From an uncultured Chloroflexia bacterium (GTDB taxonomy: Bacteria; Chloroflexota; Anaerolineae; Anaerolineales; UBA4823), in the NCBI GenBank assembly GCA_963809805.1, contig CAWELB010000001.1, positions 12,447 through 76,446 of the forward strand: a stretch of DNA of 64,000 bases, read 5' to 3'. The notes under the pieces are model-generated. The model was given only the letters and a program-made list of their open reading frames with translations, was not told where the DNA came from and searched no databases. Shown piece after piece: positions 25,290 through 38,400 of this stretch. How positions within the stretch are numbered: position 1 is the first letter of the stretch; each line of letters starts with the position of its first letter. The position numbers were made by a program, and so were the translations under genes.

Positions 25290-26369
25290 TGGATCTCCTC
25301 GAACGTGTCGCTGCGAAGCGGCACGCCGTCGACGAGCATCGCCGGCTGCCCGAGATCGAAGAGCGGGCCGTGGCCGACGCGGCGGCGCGTGTCCCCGAGC
25401 GCTGCGCGCCAGCGCGGTCGCCAGCAGCGGAAGCGCGATGGTGGCGTCGGCGTGCACGGTGACCTGGTCGGCATCGCGTGGCGAGCTTGCCCCAGCTCTG
25501 CGCCTCCTCCAGCGTGGACCCCGACGCGCCGCCGAAGTACGGGACGTCGGTCACGATCTGCAGCGCGTACCGGTGACCGCTGACCGCGGGATGAAGAACG
25601 CCGCCTGCACGGTGGCCTGGTTGATGAAGTTCTTGGGCGTGCCGCCGCCCAGCACGATGGATGGCCGTCCGCGGCCGTCGAATGACCAGGTTGGCCGATT
25701 CGACGATGTCGCCGATGACATCGATCTGGCCGGTGTCCCGGCGTCTTGTGGCGTGCCTGCGAGAGCCCCATGCCGATCGACGAATCGGCAATCGCCGGAC
25801 AGAAGATCGGCACGCGCGCCCGGTAGGCGGCCGTCAGGATGCCGTCGACCGTGGTCTCGTTCCACAGGTGCTTCGCCGAGCAGGTAGAGCAACTCGCGCG
25901 TGGTGTACGGCCGGGCTCGAGGCGGCCGCGAACTCGCGCAATCCAGGCGTCGTTGTCGCACGAACTCCTCCTCGCTGGCGTACGTGTCGTACACGCGGTC
26001 GATGCGTTCGGCCTGCAGCGCCACGTCGTCGGCGCGTGGCGGACCCGAGGTAGTGGTGCCGGCCGCGCGTCTCGTGAAGATCGTGGTAGAGATTCGCGCC
26101 TGTTGAGACGAGGCAGTCCACGAACCGATGCTCGATGAGGTACGCCAGGATCATCCGCAGCCCGCCGGCGCTCAGCGCGCCCGCCACGCCCATGAAGATC
26201 GTCACATCGTCGGCGAGCATCCTCTGCCAGACGCGATGGGCCGTCGCCGAGGGAGCGTCCCTGGAACGAGATGCGCTCCATGCGTTCCAGGATCTCGATC
26301 GGCCCTCAGATCGGGATCGATGCGGAACGGCTCGACGGGGGTCTGCAGGAACCCGGACCGCTTCGTCAT
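25290..26369 (-). CDS. deoxyhypusine synthase-like protein (possible homospermidine synthase), frameshifted; 3' end uncertain
   Basis: ATG at 26369; FQGRSLG, VTIFMGVAGALSAGGLRMILAYLIEHRFVDCLVSTGANLYHDLHE, RVPIFCPAIADSSIGMGL, VLGGGTPKNFINQ. Confidence 0.7.
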
Positions 26370-26441
26370 GGCTGGGCAATTCTACCGCCAAATCGCGACC
26401 GGGCCAGCCCGTCGCGCGCGCCCGCGGCGCCGCGCGCCGGG

Positions 26442-29400
26442 TCAGAAGGCCCGTCCGACGCGGACGAACGCCGCCACGCGAGTCGCCCGGGGCGCGCCGC
26501 TGCGCCCCCAGGCGACGCCGGAGGTGACCGTCAGGGGGAAGTAGTAGCCGAGCACCAGGTCGCACGAGAGCTCCAGGCCTGTCGACGTGACGATCCCCCC
26601 CTCAGGTGGGTGCCCGCTCCAGGCCCGGCCCGCATCGAGAAAGACCGACCCGTGGACCGAGCGGACGAACAGGGGCAGGAGGCCATGGCCGCGCTCGGGG
26701 CGCGCCAGCGGGATCCGATAGTCGAGGTTGGCGAGCGCGAGGTGCCGTCCCGCGAACGATCCGTCCGGGAACCCGCGCATCAGGCTCAGCGGGGTGGCGC
26801 CGAAGTCCGGTCGGAGCTCATCCGGGCCGGCGCCTCCGAGCTCGAACAGCCGGGCGACCCGCCGGTCACCGGAGGACGTGGCGGCGCCGGCTCGCACGGC
26901 CAGGACCGCGTGGCGGCCCCCCGCCGGGATGTACCCACGGACCTGGGCCGTGACCGCTGCAGCATTGCCGGGCGCTCCGAGCGCCTGCGGTACCTGCTCG
27001 ACGGTCACGAGCGTTCTCAGGCCTCGCTCGGGACTGACCGAATACCCGTACTCGTGCGCGTTGCCGAAGGCCCAGGCGAACTGCAGCGCCGGTCGATGTC
27101 GGACGGCAGTCCTGTCGTCCGCACGGGCCGCGCGCTCGTCGCTGAACGCCGACCACCAGGACCTGGGAGAAGCGAACCCGGCGGAAGGGCACGCGCATCC
27201 CCGCCGTGAGGGTTTGCGTCTCGCGCCAGGTGTTCGGAGGCGAGAGCGCGTCAGACCCCGCCTGATCGCTGGTCCGGGACATCTCGCGGGAGGCGGTCAG
27301 GAAGAAGGTGGGCAGCCGGCGATCGTAGACGTACGCGGCGTACCATTCGGGACGTTCGGGGGCCTGGTCGGCGCACCCGCGACAGGTGAGCCAGACACCG
27401 GAGACCGTGTACCAGTGGCGGCCAAGCACATCGGCTCCGCTGATTGACGCGCCAACCCTCATCTCGCGCCCGTCGAGTGCGACGACCGGCTGCCAGGCGG
27501 TCGGACCGAGCGTTCTCATCGGCTGGTAGGCCCGAGCGTCCCGGACGGCATCAGGGGCTCCGTCCTGCCCCGGAGCCCAGGCTGGCACGAGCGACGCCGC
27601 CTTGGAAGAGTCCGGTTCCTCGACACGGGACCATGCGGACCGATCGAGCGGCATCGTGAAGAGGTCGAATCCGTCCGCGGTGTAGCCGACGTACACGATC
27701 AGGCGGCCGTCCGGCGAGACGTCCGGGAATGTGGCCCCTCCGGGCAGCCGGGTGAGCTGCCACAGTCGTCCGGCCTCAGGTCCGCGGCCGGGCCGGTGTC
27801 GAGATCGACCGCATACAGGTTGAACGGGCCATCGCGGTCCGAGGCAAAGAGGACCGTCCGGCCGTCCGGCGTCCAGGCCGGCGTCGCGTGACGCGCGAGC
27901 CTGGTCGAGGTGACGACCCGGGTCTCGCCCGACTGCGCATCGACGACGACGATGTCCGACGGGCCGTCAGCGCCTGGCGTGCGGCGGCAATCAATCGGCC
28001 GTCGGGTGACCAGCGTGGGGAGGAGAATTGCGCGTCCGGCTGCGAGACGACGATCCGTACACGGCGACGTGAGAGGTCGAACTCGGCCAGGTCACGACGA
28101 TCTGCGTGAACAGCGACACAGGCCAGCGTGTCGCCGGCCGGGGAGACATCTGGATCGGAGAGGCGGGCGCCGCGCGTCAGTCGGTCCACCCGGCCAGTGG
28201 CCCGGTCCGGGTGTACAGGTCACTCATCAGCGCGACGTTGGCCCTGAACTCGAGTTGGTCAAAGTAGATCGCGCGGTCGTGGCCGCAACCTGGTCGCCAC
28301 CGAAGCGGTCGGCGATCCGCAACCGGCGGGGATCCGTCCAAACCCGCACTGAGCAGGGAGGGAAACCCCCTCGGATTCCGCGTGGAGTAAAGCACTCGCA
28401 GCGGGCGAGCTGTCGTGGCGGATGTTCGGTGCGATGCTGACGGTCGAAGAAACGCGGCCCGACGACGACAAAGCCGTCATGGGTGAGTCTGGTGGGAACA
28501 GGTCCCGCGGCCCTTCCGCCTCGCGCGATCGATTCCTCGTGCTGCGTGTGAAACCACGCCAGAGGGCACCCAGGCTTTCGCCGAAGACGCGGTGAAGGCG
28601 CGCCCGCCCGTATAGGGAATCTGGCCTGCGGTGCGGCGCGCGAGGTCGCCGAATCGCGCTTCACCGAAGCGGTCTGCGAGGTACTGATGAAAGAACGCAC
28701 CGTAGGCGTACGTCGCCGCCCCCGACGGCCAGTCCACCAGACCGCCGTTCACCCGATCGATCGGTTCGAAGGCACTCGACCGTGCGGCTCGTCGACGAGC
28801 ATCTTGAAGTCCCCGCCGAACAGGCGTCCACGTCCTGTGACCCGGCTCTCCTCGTAGGTCGCGAGCCCTTCAATCTGCCACTGCGGAAGGTACAGATTTG
28901 GAAACGCGAACGGCACCCTCCCGAAGAGACGCCGCGACGCCTGCGGCCCAGGCCTCCGACTGGCTCACGTGCAGGATATGGGCGTACTCGTGCGCGAAGA
29001 CGAGGGCGAGCCAGTCGTCTGTGTTCCCAATCGCCTCCGTCGTGCGTGGCCAGACCGCGCTCAACTCGATTGTGTTGCGGGGTGTCGGGGTCGCCCAGCC
29101 GTTTGCCTGATCGGTCTGATCGACCAGCACGACGTGGGTACGCCCGCGCGGAACCGAGGCGAGCGTCCCGGGAGCACCCCGTGCACCCGCTCAACGATGA
29201 CCGACAGACGGACGGCCAGGTTCTCTTCGCCCTGGTGGAAATGGATTACAAAGTGTTGCGTAGTCGAGTGATCGAAAGTGCAGGGACGGGTCATACCGTG
29301 AACCTGCGGAGACCTCGTCCAGGGGCAACCAAGCAGGATCAGTCCCCATACGGCGCACGCGGCCCAGGCGCCGCGCAGAAACTCAATGGACCTGAGGCTC

Positions 29401-29486
29401 GGGGCACGCCGATGCACGTCTCGCAGGAAGGTAAAGTCAACAGCGGGCCGCCGCCGTCGTGGACTGGCGGCGGCGTCATGACTCAA
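26442..29486 (-). CDS. large outer-membrane protein: HExxH peptidase-like N-terminus, TolB/WD40-like propeller repeats, Omp85-like beta-barrel ending in Phe; heavily frameshifted, start uncertain
   Basis: [14 protein letters not shown] (HExxH). Repeats [35 protein letters not shown] and DVSPAGD. C-terminus [10 protein letters not shown]...[10 protein letters not shown]...[25 protein letters not shown]...VRVGRAF-stop. Confidence 0.5.
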
Positions 29487-32157
29487 TGTCCTTCTTCAGT
29501 TCGGCCAGCAGCGCAAGCGCCTCGAGTGGCGTGCACCGATTCGGATCGATACTCCGCAGCCGCCTGAGCAGGCGGTCGTCAGGCGGAGCGGGCGCCTGAA
29601 ACAGACCCAGCTGCTGCTGCGGCTCCGCCGGGGTCCCGCTGATCGAGGGACGTCCGCCGCGGGCCAGTTCGTCATGTTCGAGCGCTTCGAGGATCGCCCG
29701 CGCGCGCGTGATGACGGCTGCCGGAATCCCGGCCAGCCGCGCGACCTGAATGCCGTAGCTGCGATCGGACCGGCCTGGCACGATCTTGTGCAGGAACACG
29801 ATGTCGTCCTGCCATTCGCGCGCGGCGACGTGGCAGTTGACGACGCCGGGGAGGGCGTCGGCCAGATCGGTCAATTCGTGGTAATGCGTGGCAAACAGGG
29901 TCTTCGGCCGGGCGTGCGGATTGGTGGCCAGATACTCCGCCACCGCCCACGCGATGCTCAGGCCGTCGAACGTGGCCGTGCCCCGGCCGATTTCGTCCAG
30001 CACGACCAGGCTGCGCGAGGAGGCGCCGTGGAGGATGTTGGCCGTCTCCTGCATCTCCACCATGAACGTCGACTGGCCGCGCGCGATGTTGTCGGACGCG
30101 CCCGACCCTCGCGTAGATCGCGATCGACCAGGCCGAGCTTTCGCCTGGCTGGCTGGCACGAAGGATCCGGCCTGCGCCATCAGGCAAATCAGCGCGGTCT
30201 GACGCAGGTAGGTCGACTTGCCGCCCATGTTGGGTCCCGTCAGGATGACCAACTGGTCGCGTCCGCGTCGAGCGTCGACGTCGTTCGGCACGAACGCGCC
30301 GCGCAGCGGCGTTCGACGACGGGATGCCGCCCGTCGATGATGACGATCTCGTCGCCGTCGTGAACCTGCGGCTTGACGTAGTTGCCGAGAGCGGCGGTCT
30401 CGGCGAGACCGGCCAGCGCGTCCAGTGCCGCCGAGCGACCGCGCGGTCTCCTGGATTCGGGTGGCTTCGGCGGCGACACGCCCGCGCAACTACTCGAACA
30501 GTTCGATCTCCCGCTCAAGAATCCGCTCGTCGGCGCCGAGGACGCGTTCTTCGTGCTCCTTCAAGGCCGGGGTGATGAAGCGTTCGCCGCCGGCGATCGT
30601 CTGCTTGCGCATGGTAGTCGGGCGGCACGGCGTGCAGGTTCGATTTCGAGACCTCGATGTAGTAGCCGAAGACGCGGTTGTACCGGACCTTGAGCGACGC
30701 GATGCCCGTGCGCACGCGCTCGCGCTCCTCGAGTTCGGCGATCACCTGCTTGCCGGAGCGGCTGATGTCGGCGCAGCTGCGTCCAGCTCCGGGTCCAGGC
30801 CGTCGCGGATGAAGCCGCCGTCGCGGGCCGAGCGCCGGAGGCTCGTCGATGACGTGCCTGATCGATGCGCGTCGCGCACGTCCTGCAGATCGTCGAGCCG
30901 GCTGACCAGCGCCGGACGAGCGGGGCGTCGAGCCCGTCGAGCGCCGATGCGGATGCGCGGCACGGCGGAGATCGACTGTTTGAGGCCCACCAGGTCGCGC
31001 GGCCCGCGGTGTTCAGGGCGGTGCGCGCGACGAGGCGCTCGAGATCGTGAACCGACTTTCAGGGGCTCGCGGAACTTACCGCGATCGGTCGTGCGAAACG
31101 CGAGCTCCTCGACGGCATCGAGCCGATCCCGGATCCGCTCGAGCGACAGCGAGCGGCCGCAGCAGCCACGACCGGAGGAGCCGCCCGCCCATCGGCGTCA
31201 CGGTGCGATCGATCTCGTGCAGCAGCGATCCCGTCGCGGCCGCCCTCAGTCGACTCGACCACCTCGAGATGCCGCGAGGGTGATCGGATCGACCAGCAGG
31301 CAGTCGGCGCTCGCCCTGAACGTGACCGACCGGACGTGCGCGAGGTCGGCCTTCTGGGTGTCGCGCAGGTAGTGGAGCAGCGCGCCCCGGCCGCGCAGAC
31401 GGCCGCCCGATGCCCCTCGAGGCCGAACCCCTCCAGACCGCTGGTCCGGAGCTGCTCGAGGAGCGTGCGGCGGGCCGATTCGTGCTCGAAGGTCCAGGGC
31501 TCGGTCTGCGTCGTCGGCAGGCTGCTCGGCCAGCGCGGGCAGCAGGCTCGTCGAGATCGACGCCGGCGGGCGACGACGATCTCGCGCGGGCCGCAGGACG
31601 CGACAGCTCGTCGGCCAGCGCGCGAGCCCGCGGGGCCGAGTACTCCGCGGTCGTGAACTCGCCGGTCGAGAGGTCGAGCAGCGCGACGCCGAGCGCGGGG
31701 GTCGGCCGGCGTCCCGGCCGGGGCAACGCTCAGCAGGAACGCCGGTTCACGCGCGTCGAGGTACTCCGCGTCGGTGAAGCGTGCCGGGCGACACCACTCG
31801 TCACGATCTCGCGCCGCACGAGCCCCTTGGCCTTCGCGGGATCCTCGACCTGGTCGCAGATCGCCACGCGGAAGCCCCTTCTTGACCAGCCGCGCGAGAT
31901 ACGTATCGACCGCGTGATGGGGCACGCCGCACATCGGGATCGCCGCACCCTGGCCGTCCTTGGATCGCGAGGTGAGGGTCAGTTCGAGGGCCCGCGCGGC
32001 CACCAGCGCGTCCTCGTAGAACATCTCGTAGAAGTCGCCCATCCGGAAGAACAGGATGGCGTCGCGAGTACTGCTGCTTCGCCTCCAGGTACTGCCGCAT
32101 GGCGGGCGTGATGCTCGAGGTGGACAGTGCGGATCCGGAGGCGCCGGGCATGTACAA
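29476..32157 (-). CDS. mutS: DNA mismatch repair protein MutS, multiple frameshifts in the N-terminal two thirds
   Basis: [80 protein letters not shown] (Walker A), [33 protein letters not shown]. The last 337 aa are intact. Confidence 0.9.
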
Positions 32158-32204
32158 TGGGTCCGGTTGACGGGTGACCTCTCCATTCTAACATCGCGAT
32201 CTCC

Positions 32205-32926
32205 ATGCTCGTGCTGGCGCTGGATACGACGACCCGGATCGGGAGCCTCGCGCTGACGCGCGACGGCGTCGTCCTCGAGGTGTACGCGGGCGACCGAGGC
32301 CCGGACGCACGGCCAGCGGCTGCCCGCCGACATCACTCGGCTGCTCGATCGCCAGCACGTCGGCCTCGCGGACATCGATCTCTACGCGGTGGCGGCAGGG
32401 CCGGGGTCGTTCACCGGACTGCGGATCGGCATTGCCACGATGCAGGGACTGGCGCTGGTGTCCGGGCGGGGCCTGGTCGGCGTGTCGACATTCGACGCCC
32501 TGCGGGCGGCGTTCGAGGAGGCGGTGGCCGCGGCGCCAGACGCGGGATCGGCGCGCGGCCTGGTCGGCGCCTGGATCGACGCGCAGCGCGGGGAAGTGTT
32601 CACGGCGCTGTACCGAGGGCGAGCACCTGCTCGACGGCCCGGCCGCGGAGCCTCCGGACGCCGCGGTGGCACGCTGGGCCGATCTGCGGCACGGGCGGCC
32701 CATCGTCTTCGTCGGCGGCGGGGCGTGCTGTACGCCGGTGCGATCCGGGCACGGCTGACCGACCAGGCCCGGATCGTGGATCCGGTCCCTGCTCCTGGCA
32801 CCGGCGATCGCGCGGCTGGCCGAGCGTCAGGCGCGATCGGGCGGCCCGACCTCGCCGGAGGTGATTCAGCCGCTCTACGTCCGGAGGACCGGATGCCGAA
32901 ATCGCCAGGGATCGGATGAAGGGCTG
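32205..32926 (+). CDS. tsaB: tRNA t6A biosynthesis protein TsaB, frameshifted
   Basis: [60 protein letters not shown]. Confidence 0.75.
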
Positions 32927-32928
32927 AC

Positions 32929-33420
32929 ATGTCCTGGACCATCGATCGCGTGCTGCTCGGCTGGTGAGATCGACGACGTGCTCGCAATCGAGGCTGCGTC
33001 GTTCAGCAATCCCTGGACGCGGGAGATGTACCTGCGCGAGCTGGACAACCCGGACGTGTCGTTCGTGTACGCGCTTCGGATTCGGAGGGCCCGGAGCCGG
33101 GCGGACCGGGGCGGAACCGCCGTCGCGTTCTGTTCGTACTGGCTCGTGCTCGACGAACTGCACATCAACAACCTGGCGGTTCATCCCGATCACCGGCGTC
33201 GCGGGTACGGCGCGGCCCTGCTCGAGCACGTGCTCGAGGCGGGCGGGCGCCAGGGCGCGAAGCGCGCCACGCTCGAGGTCCGACGCTCGAACGGGGTCGC
33301 GATTGGCCTCTACGAGCGGCTCGGGTTCCGGATCGCGGCGATGCGGCCGAGCTACTACGGCAGCCCGATGGAGGATGCGCTGATCCTCTGGACGGACGAG
33401 CTTCCGGCCGGGGAGGCCGG
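32929..33420 (+). CDS. rimI: ribosomal-protein-alanine N-acetyltransferase RimI (GNAT), 5' frameshift, stop not identifiable
   Basis: IDDVLAIEAASFSNPWTREMY, LHINNLAVHPDHRRRGYGAALLEHVL, ATLEVRRSNGVAIGLYERLGF. Its position after tsaB is the usual arrangement. Confidence 0.7.
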
Positions 33421-33526
33421 CTGCTTGAAACGACCAGGGGCTTGTGGTAGGGTGCCTTCAGGAAGGCAGCACGGTGCCTCCCCGGCGACCTCATGCTCCC
33501 ATCGATCCCGAACAAGGAGGCGGAGA

Positions 33527-33793
33527 ATGGCCACAAACTCCCAGGAGTTGAAGGAACTCTTGCTGCGGACTGACGAAGAGTTCCGACAACTCGCCGCCAA
33601 GCACTCTGAACTCGACGATCGCCTCCACGAAATGTCCGCCAAGCCGTATCTGTCAGAGCCCGAACAACTCGAACAAGTCACGTTGAAGAAGCGGAAGCTG
33701 CAGTTGAAGGATCGGATGGAAGAGATCCTTCGCCGTCATCGCGCCGAGGCGACGCCGGTATTCGCTCCGCCTTCGTCTCCGAGCGTGCACTGA
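33527..33793 (+). CDS. DUF465 (YdcH-like) small coiled-coil protein
   Basis: GGAGG RBS then ATG 33527; LLLRTDEEFRQLAAKHSELDDRLHEMSAKPYLSEPEQLEQVTLKKRKLQLKDRM matches the DUF465 pattern from memory. Confidence 0.65.
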   Translation: MATNSQELKELLLRTDEEFRQLAAKHSELDDRLHEMSAKPYLSEPEQLEQVTLKKRKLQLKDRMEEILRRHRAEATPVFAPPSSPSVH

Positions 33794-33973
33794 TTGAGGG
33801 TGCGTGACCGCATCCCCGTCACGGACGCAGCCCGTCCGAGCGGCCGTTGGGAGGATTCCGAATGACGGGATCCTCCTTGACGGCCGGGAGGCTGTCCCGG
33901 TCCCCGGCGTGCGTCCGGCGCGTCTGATGTGCGCGCGGCCCCGTCCGGGCTCGGCGGCGGGGGAAGCGTGCGC

Positions 33974-34599
33974 ATGACCATCGATCGGGCCGGCCTGCCG
34001 TTCATTGCCGGCGCGGCCGGCCTCGGAGCGGTCGCGGCGTTCACAACAGGGGCGGCCGGTGCGGCGGCGCTGGCCCTGCTGGCTGTGTTCTTCGCGTTCT
34101 TCTTCCGGGACCCCGACCGGCAGCCGCCGGACGGTTCGCGCCTGGTGCTGGCGCCGGCCGACGGTCGCGTCCTGGTGGCGGGACCCGCGGAGCCTGACGT
34201 GGCGCCGTCGGGGACGTGGCTGCAGGTCAGCATCTTCCTCTCGCCGCTCGACGTGCACGTGAACCGGGTGCCGGTGTCGGGGCGCGTGAGCCGTGTCGAC
34301 TATCGCCCCGGCCGGTTTCTGCCGGCGTACCGCCGGGAGGCCGCGGCGCAGCAACGAGCGCAGCGAGATGTGGATCGATCATGACGGGCAAGTGATTGTG
34401 GTGCGGCAGGTTGTCGGCGTGCTCGCGCGGCGCGTCGTCTGCCGGCTCGAGCCCGGCCGCCTGGTGAGCGCGGGCGATCGCCTCGGCATCATGAAGTTCG
34501 GATCGCGGATGGACGTGTTTCTGCCGCCGACCGCGGCGCTGCGCGTCGCAGCGGGCGACCGGGTGCGGGGCGGTGAGACCGTGCGTGGCGACGTTGTAA
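33974..34599 (+). CDS. psd: phosphatidylserine decarboxylase (short, membrane-anchored type), 2 frameshifts
   Basis: [50 protein letters not shown] (the GS autocleavage site is in FGSR). An extra base near 34,583 disrupts a likely ...ETVLATL-stop ending. Confidence 0.8.
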
Positions 34600-34600
34600 G

Positions 34601-35440
34601 ATGGAGATCCCGATGCTGGGCCAGACGCGCCGCCACACCGATGGGCCTCGTCGCCGGTTCCGCCGCGGCGTGTATCTGCTGCCGAGCCTGATGACGCTGG
34701 GCAACCTGTTCTGCGGCTACGCCTGCATCGTGTACGCCATGCGGGGCGACTACGTGACGGCGGCGCCGTTCGTCGGCATCGCGTTGCTGCTCGACGGGCT
34801 GGACGGCCGGATTGCCCGGATGACGGGAACCTCCAGCGCGTTCGGGCTCGAGTTCGACTCGCTGGCCGACGTGGTGTCGTTCGGGATGGCGCCCGCCATT
34901 CTGACGTTCTCGTGGGGGCTGGCCCCGCTCGGCCGGTGGGGCTGGGCGGCCGGCTTCGTCTACCTCACGGCCACCGCGATGCGTCTGGCGCGCTTCAACA
35001 TCCAGGGCGGCGCGGCGACAAGCGGTTACTTCGTCGGCATGCCGAGCCCGGCGGCCGCGACGCGTCCCGGCCGCGACGATCTTCGCGTACCCGGCGGGGC
35101 TGCACAATCGCGCAGGAGGCGCTCCCGGCGCTCGCGCTCATGCTGGTGCCGGCCGTGCTGATGGTGAGCACGATCCGCTTCCGCAGCTTCAAGACGATCG
35201 ACCTGCGGGTTCGCGCGATCGTACACGGTGCTGATCGCTGCTGGCGGCCGGCTTCGCGGCGGTGTTCGCGCACCCCGCCATGGTGCTGGTGGTCGTGTCG
35301 TACGCGTATCTCTGGTCTCGGCGTTCGTCGAGATCGTGGTGACGCGCATCCGGCACCGCGGCGGCGAGCCGGTCCCGGCCCCTCAGGAGGAGCCGCCGGC
35401 CCCGCTGACGCGCGTCGTCGAGCACCGGCCCCGCAGCTGA
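34601..35440 (+). CDS. pssA: CDP-diacylglycerol--serine O-phosphatidyltransferase, frameshifted in the 3' half
   Basis: [53 protein letters not shown] (the D-G-x2-AR...G-x3-D-x3-D CDP-alcohol transferase motif). Confidence 0.8.
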
Positions 35441-35443
35441 CCC

Positions 35444-38400
35444 TCACGGGCGGGCCGCGGGCTCGGCGGCCGCCTGAACCGGCAGCGCGATCGTCACGCG
35501 CGTGCCCTCCCCCTTGCGGGACTCCACCGCGATCGTGCCGCCGTTCAGTTCGATGTTGCGCTTGGCGATGGTGAGCCCGAGACCGGTGCCGGTGCCCTTG
35601 GTCGAGAAGTAGGGCTCGAAGACCCGCCGCAGCGCCTCCTCATCCATGCCGGCCCCGGTATCGGCAATCGAGAGCCGCACGGCCGCGCCGTCGTCGTCGC
35701 GGCTGGCGGCCAGGGTCAGCGTCCCCCCGGCCGGCATGGCATGCAGCGCGTTCTCGACGACGTTGGTCAGCGCGCGGGCGAGCAGCGTGCGGTCGAGCAG
35801 CAGGGCGGGCAGATCGGCCGGTACGTCGGTGCGGATCGCGATGCGCGTCCCAAGACCCGTGCGATACGGATCGACGACCGCCGCCACCACCTCGGCCAGC
35901 GCGGTCGGAGCCGGCCGGGGTGTGGGCGAGGACGCGAAGCTCGAGAACTCCGCCGAGATCTGGCGGAGCAGGCCGACCTGGGCGAGGATCACCTCGACGC
36001 ACTCCTGCAGCGTGGGCGCCAGCGGCTCGCCGCGGTCCCGGTGGACGCGCAGCAGGTGCTCCGCGGAGAGCTGGATCGGCGTCAGCGGGTTCTTGATCTC
36101 GTGCGCGACCTGGCGCGCCATGTCGGCCCACGCCTCGAGGCGATGCGTGCGTTCGAGTTCCACGCGCTGCCGCTGGAGATCGGCCGCCATCCGGTTGAAG
36201 TCGTCGACGAGGCGCCGCAGTTCATCCGAGCGATCGGCGCGTGATGCGCGCGGTGAGATCGCCGCGGGCGATCCGCCGCGTGGCCCTCGTGAGGCGCTTC
36301 ACGGGGTCGCCGATCCGCTCCGCCATGGAATAGCCGATGCCCGCACCGAGGAAGATGAAGATGAGCGCCGCGAGCAGGACGCGCCGATCCAGCTCGTCGA
36401 TCTCCCGCTCGACCTCCTGCTGGCGCAGCGCGAGGGGCACCGTCAGGATCGCCTCGCGCCCGCCGACCCTCACGGGAGCCGCCGCCACGAGGTAGCGGAA
36501 GTCGCCGGCTGATTCCTCGCCCACGAAGCTGGCCAGCCGGTCGAGGGCGATGGCGCGGTAGACCGCGCTCGACGTCCGGAGCGGCAGCAGGCCCGATGCG
36601 AACATGTCCCGCTCGCTGGTCGCCAGCAGGGCCGCCCCTTCGAAGATGTTGACGTCCTGATTGATCGCCCGGCTCAGCCACAGCATGATGTCGTCGTCCG
36701 GGACGGCCGCTCCCGCGGCGCCGCCCTGCGGCAGCGACGCGATCTCCTCCGGTGACGTGCTGGGCGACGGACGCCGTCCTGATGGCCGCGGATTCGATGC
36801 TCGCCCGCAGCTGGGCGACCGAGAAGGCCCGCGTCACCAGGGCCAGCGTGACGACCGGCACGACCGAGGCGGCCACGAACGCGAGCAGCAGCTTCCGGTA
36901 GAAGCTGGCGCGGATCTCGCGCAGCAGCGCGCGGCCCGAGGCGTACGGGCGCCCGCCCACCAGCGCGAAGACGCTCGCCACGAACGCCACCAGGACGTAC
37001 CCGAGCGAGGCCAGCGTCAGCAGTTCCGCCAGGTTGATCAGGTGATCGAGCGGCGTGACGAGCGGGTACCCGAGCGCGTAGACGCCCGCCCGGTCGTTCA
37101 GGATGTAGGCGGTGTACCGGCGGCCACCGCGCTCGAGCCTGGTCCAGAACGGGCGCCGGGACGAGGCGACCTGCCGGAACAACGCATCGTCGAGGGGCCA
37201 GGCGCTGTCGCCCGAGGCGTAGATCGGGCGCCGTCCCCAGCCGTAGACGGCGAATTCCAGATCGCGTCCGAGCAGGGCGTCCTGTTCCGGGTGCCGCGGT
37301 CGCGCGGACGAACTCGAAGTAGGGGTTCTTCGACGTGATGAACGACAGCGCGTTGTAGTCGAGCATCACGTGCACCACCACGGCGCCGGCCACCGCCGGG
37401 GCCATCAGGAGATCCGCCCGGCGGGGCGTCCGGCCGGCACACACCGCGGCCGGCGTGCAGCAGCCGGCGCTCCTGGATCCAATCGGCGACACTTCCTCGA
37501 AGAGATCCCACTGGCAGCCCGATTCCTTCCACGGCTGCGGCGTTGAGGTCCACTCGGGCAGGTTGAGGGCGAAACGGCTCAGCAGGGACCCATCCCCGCC
37601 GTACAGCTCCACGGCCGAGGTCACCCGCATGTCAGCGAGACGGGTCCGGGACCACACCTGGAACGCCGCGCCGGCCGACACCGGCCGCTGAGGCGCGGCC
37701 GACGACCGAGATCGGGAAGCTCCGCGATCCCGTCGATCTGCGTCCCCACGTCGTTCACGATGGCCTGGAGTTGGGCGCGCTGGTTCAGCGCTTCGGGTCC
37801 GGATCGCCGCTCGATCACCTGCTGCCTGGCGCGATCGGTGAACTGCAGGACCGACGGTACATGACGAGCACGGGAACCAGCAGGACCAGCGCCCCGGACA
37901 CGAGCCGAAGCGCCTGCGAGGCGTGCCGATGGCGTGGGCGAAGCCAGGTCGCGAGCGCCGCCAGCAGGAGACACGAGAAACCGGCCAGGACCGCCGGACC
38001 GACCGGGACGGACGCCGGATCCGACTCCGATGCCCGCCACGCCGCGGCCATGGCCGCCAAGGGGCATCGCGCGCAGCACGAAGGCCGCCGCAGCCGTCAG
38101 GCCGCGGCGGAGACGCCAGCGCAGCGATGCCACCTGGACGATCAGCACGGCCGTCCAGACGGTCACGGCGTGCAGCAGGACCAGGCCGAACGCCAGCGCC
38201 AGTGGCGGCGGACTCCACGTCTGAAACGAGAAATGCAGGATGCCGACCGGGGCCGCCGTCAGCGTCCTGCGCAGGAACTGCTCGTAGGTGACCACGATCG
38301 ACCACACGGCCAGTCCGGCCGCGACCTGGCTGAGGAGGTAATCCGGTCCATCCGGCGGCGCCGGGACCCACGGCGTCGCGGCGTACTACAAGGCGCCACT

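Noticed and set aside
24239-26281. 680-aa ORF that could be read as a fused deoxyhypusine synthase-agmatinase protein
   Set aside because: The agmatinase has its own ATG (25287), and its motifs are distributed over other frames. The long frame is open only because of GC-richness and frameshifts.
32861-33793. 310-aa ORF as a RimI-DUF465 fusion
   Set aside because: The DUF465 part has its own GGAGG RBS and ATG (33527), preceded by promoter-like and hairpin sequence. The lack of a rimI stop is most likely one more indel error.
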